A DNA stretch of 62,638 nucleotides, filler included, from Nemertoderma westbladi (Eukaryota > Animalia > Xenacoelomorpha): assembly GCA_032718475.1 (NCBI GenBank). It is 3 parts of 3 records of this genome, joined end to end, with 100 filler letters (N's around TTAATTAATTAA, not from the genome) between each part and the next. Parts side by side here need not be neighbours in the genome. Positions count along the whole stretch, not along the records: positions 44,844 to 62,638 come from JAUCBJ010001248.1; 2 more parts are not named here. One strand, given 5' to 3'. Shown here piece by piece: positions 61,290-62,638 of this stretch (its first letter is position 1; every line of letters starts with the position of its first letter). The translations under genes were made by a program, and so were the position numbers. The notes beneath the pieces are model-generated. The model saw only the letters and a list, made by a program, of their open reading frames with translations. It had not been told where the DNA came from and did no database searches.

Positions 61290-61620
61290 AAATTGTCACT
61301 CCAACCAAATTTATGATGAATCTGGTGGTTGGTTGGTTCTATAATTTCTAGGTTTTTGTAATTCGCCCCCCCCCCCCCTTGCGGCCCACATAGGAACTAT
61401 AGAAATCTCTGGGGTGTATTTTCCTAAACTTGTTATAGACTACATGTGTACCAAGTTTGGTTCCATTTCATCCGTTATTGACCGACTTATTATAGCGTTT
61501 AAAATTCTTGCCACACACACACACACACACATCCCCCCACAAACAAACAAACCAATAAAAGCTGCAGAAACTCGAGCGGAGCTTCAGTGATAATAATACC
61601 CCTACGTGGCTCGCCCCACA
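61290..61620 (-). mobile_element. HINE-like element, family C (CA/CAAA microsatellite), 5' portion
   Basis: Reverse complement starts TGTGGGGCGAGCCACGTAGGGGTA; the body aligns with about 52990-53255 (GACTACATGTGTACCAAGTTTGGTTCCATTTCATCC). Confidence 0.65.
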
Positions 61621-61999
61621 GTCCGGGGTGCAGTAAAATTCATCCTACCTTACGCCATTGTTATGTTGGCCATCGATTAACCATAAAATCCTTTTAATTA
61701 CATGGACTGTAAATGGTTTGTGCCCGAAAAATGCTACATTTTGCAATTAATTGTCTGTTTTTTTCCGTAGCAAGAGTAGTATACAATACTATGACACTGG
61801 CTTCATGGTCACCCGTAGCCCATCATTACCATCCATTTCTGGTACTGCAGCCAATCAGAAGCCACCATTTCAACCTTTTGCGGTGGTCGTTATTATTTCA
61901 ACCAATCAGATGTCAGCATTTCATCCGTAACCATGGTAACTTCTCAAGTTCCCGCTTATTCCGCTAGAGGCGTTATTAGTCACCCAACTCTAGTACTGC

Positions 62000-62560
62000 A
62001 TCCAATCATAAGCCTTTATTTTACAGGTGTTTGGGTGTCTACACTTAGCATCAGGTAACTTCTACTATTTTTCAAATCGCTATTTTTCACCAACCATTGC
62101 ATATTCATCTTCACATAGCCTAACCTCACAATGCATGGCTAGCCCCCCATCCCATCGCTACTCAATCCACAGCTGTTACCCACCCACCAACCAACCAATC
62201 AACGGTGATGTTTGCCTAACCCTACGGTTATTCACCTTTTCACCACGTTACCACCACGCAACCAACCACTGTATACTGTATATGCTGACAACTCCGTCCA
62301 ATCATAAGCCTTTATTTTACAAGTGTTTGGATGTCTACAGGTAACTTCTACTATTTTTCAAATCGCTATTTTTCACCAACCAATATTTTCATATTCACCA
62401 ACCTTTATTTTACAGACGCTAGAGGTGTCTACAGGTAACTTCTACTATTTTTCAAATCGCAATTTTTCAGCAACCAGTATTTTCATATTCACCAACCTTT
62501 ATTTTACAGGTGCTACGAGTGTCTACAGGTAACTTCTACTATTTTTCACCAGTAACTAAA
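62000..62560. repeat. Degenerate tandem repeat with a CAGGTAACTTCTACTATTTTTCAAATCGC core
   Basis: Core recurs at about 62052, 62338, 62432 and 62527. Confidence 0.7.
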
Positions 62561-62638
62561 TTTAATTTTGCAATTTTTCAGATAACAAAATATTCAACAG
62601 GGTTCGAACTCGGGACCATTATAACTCCCCACATTCCT

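Overview
AT-rich, intron-containing metazoan (invertebrate-like) genomic DNA, not prokaryotic. It consists of three contigs joined by 100-nt N/TTAATTAATTAA spacers (14499-14598, 44744-44843). Only two host genes are visible: two exons of a beta/gamma-crystallin-domain gene (- strand) and the last five exons of an SLC35F1/F2-like transporter (+ strand, with a 16-kb final intron). Almost everything else is nested mobile DNA: RTE, CR1 and CRE-clade LINE fragments, a BEL/Pao element, a Gypsy-like integrase, a tRNA/Nin-type SINE, many TIR elements whose target-site duplications (TSDs) can be read directly, and Helentron-like non-autonomous elements (HINE-like). Highlights: (1) two unrelated TIR elements (9-bp and 8-bp TSD) each carry an intronless fragment of an ALDH3 aldehyde dehydrogenase; (2) an apparently intact Sola1 transposon has a second ORF made of a frame-preserving 36-bp repeat, overlapping the transposase start in an ATGA; (3) HINE-like elements carry arrays of a CTCF-like motif at about 145-170 bp spacing; (4) a 3.2-kb satellite appears to have grown from one arm of a foldback element. 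All family assignments are by eye from motifs, TIRs and TSDs; no database search was run.
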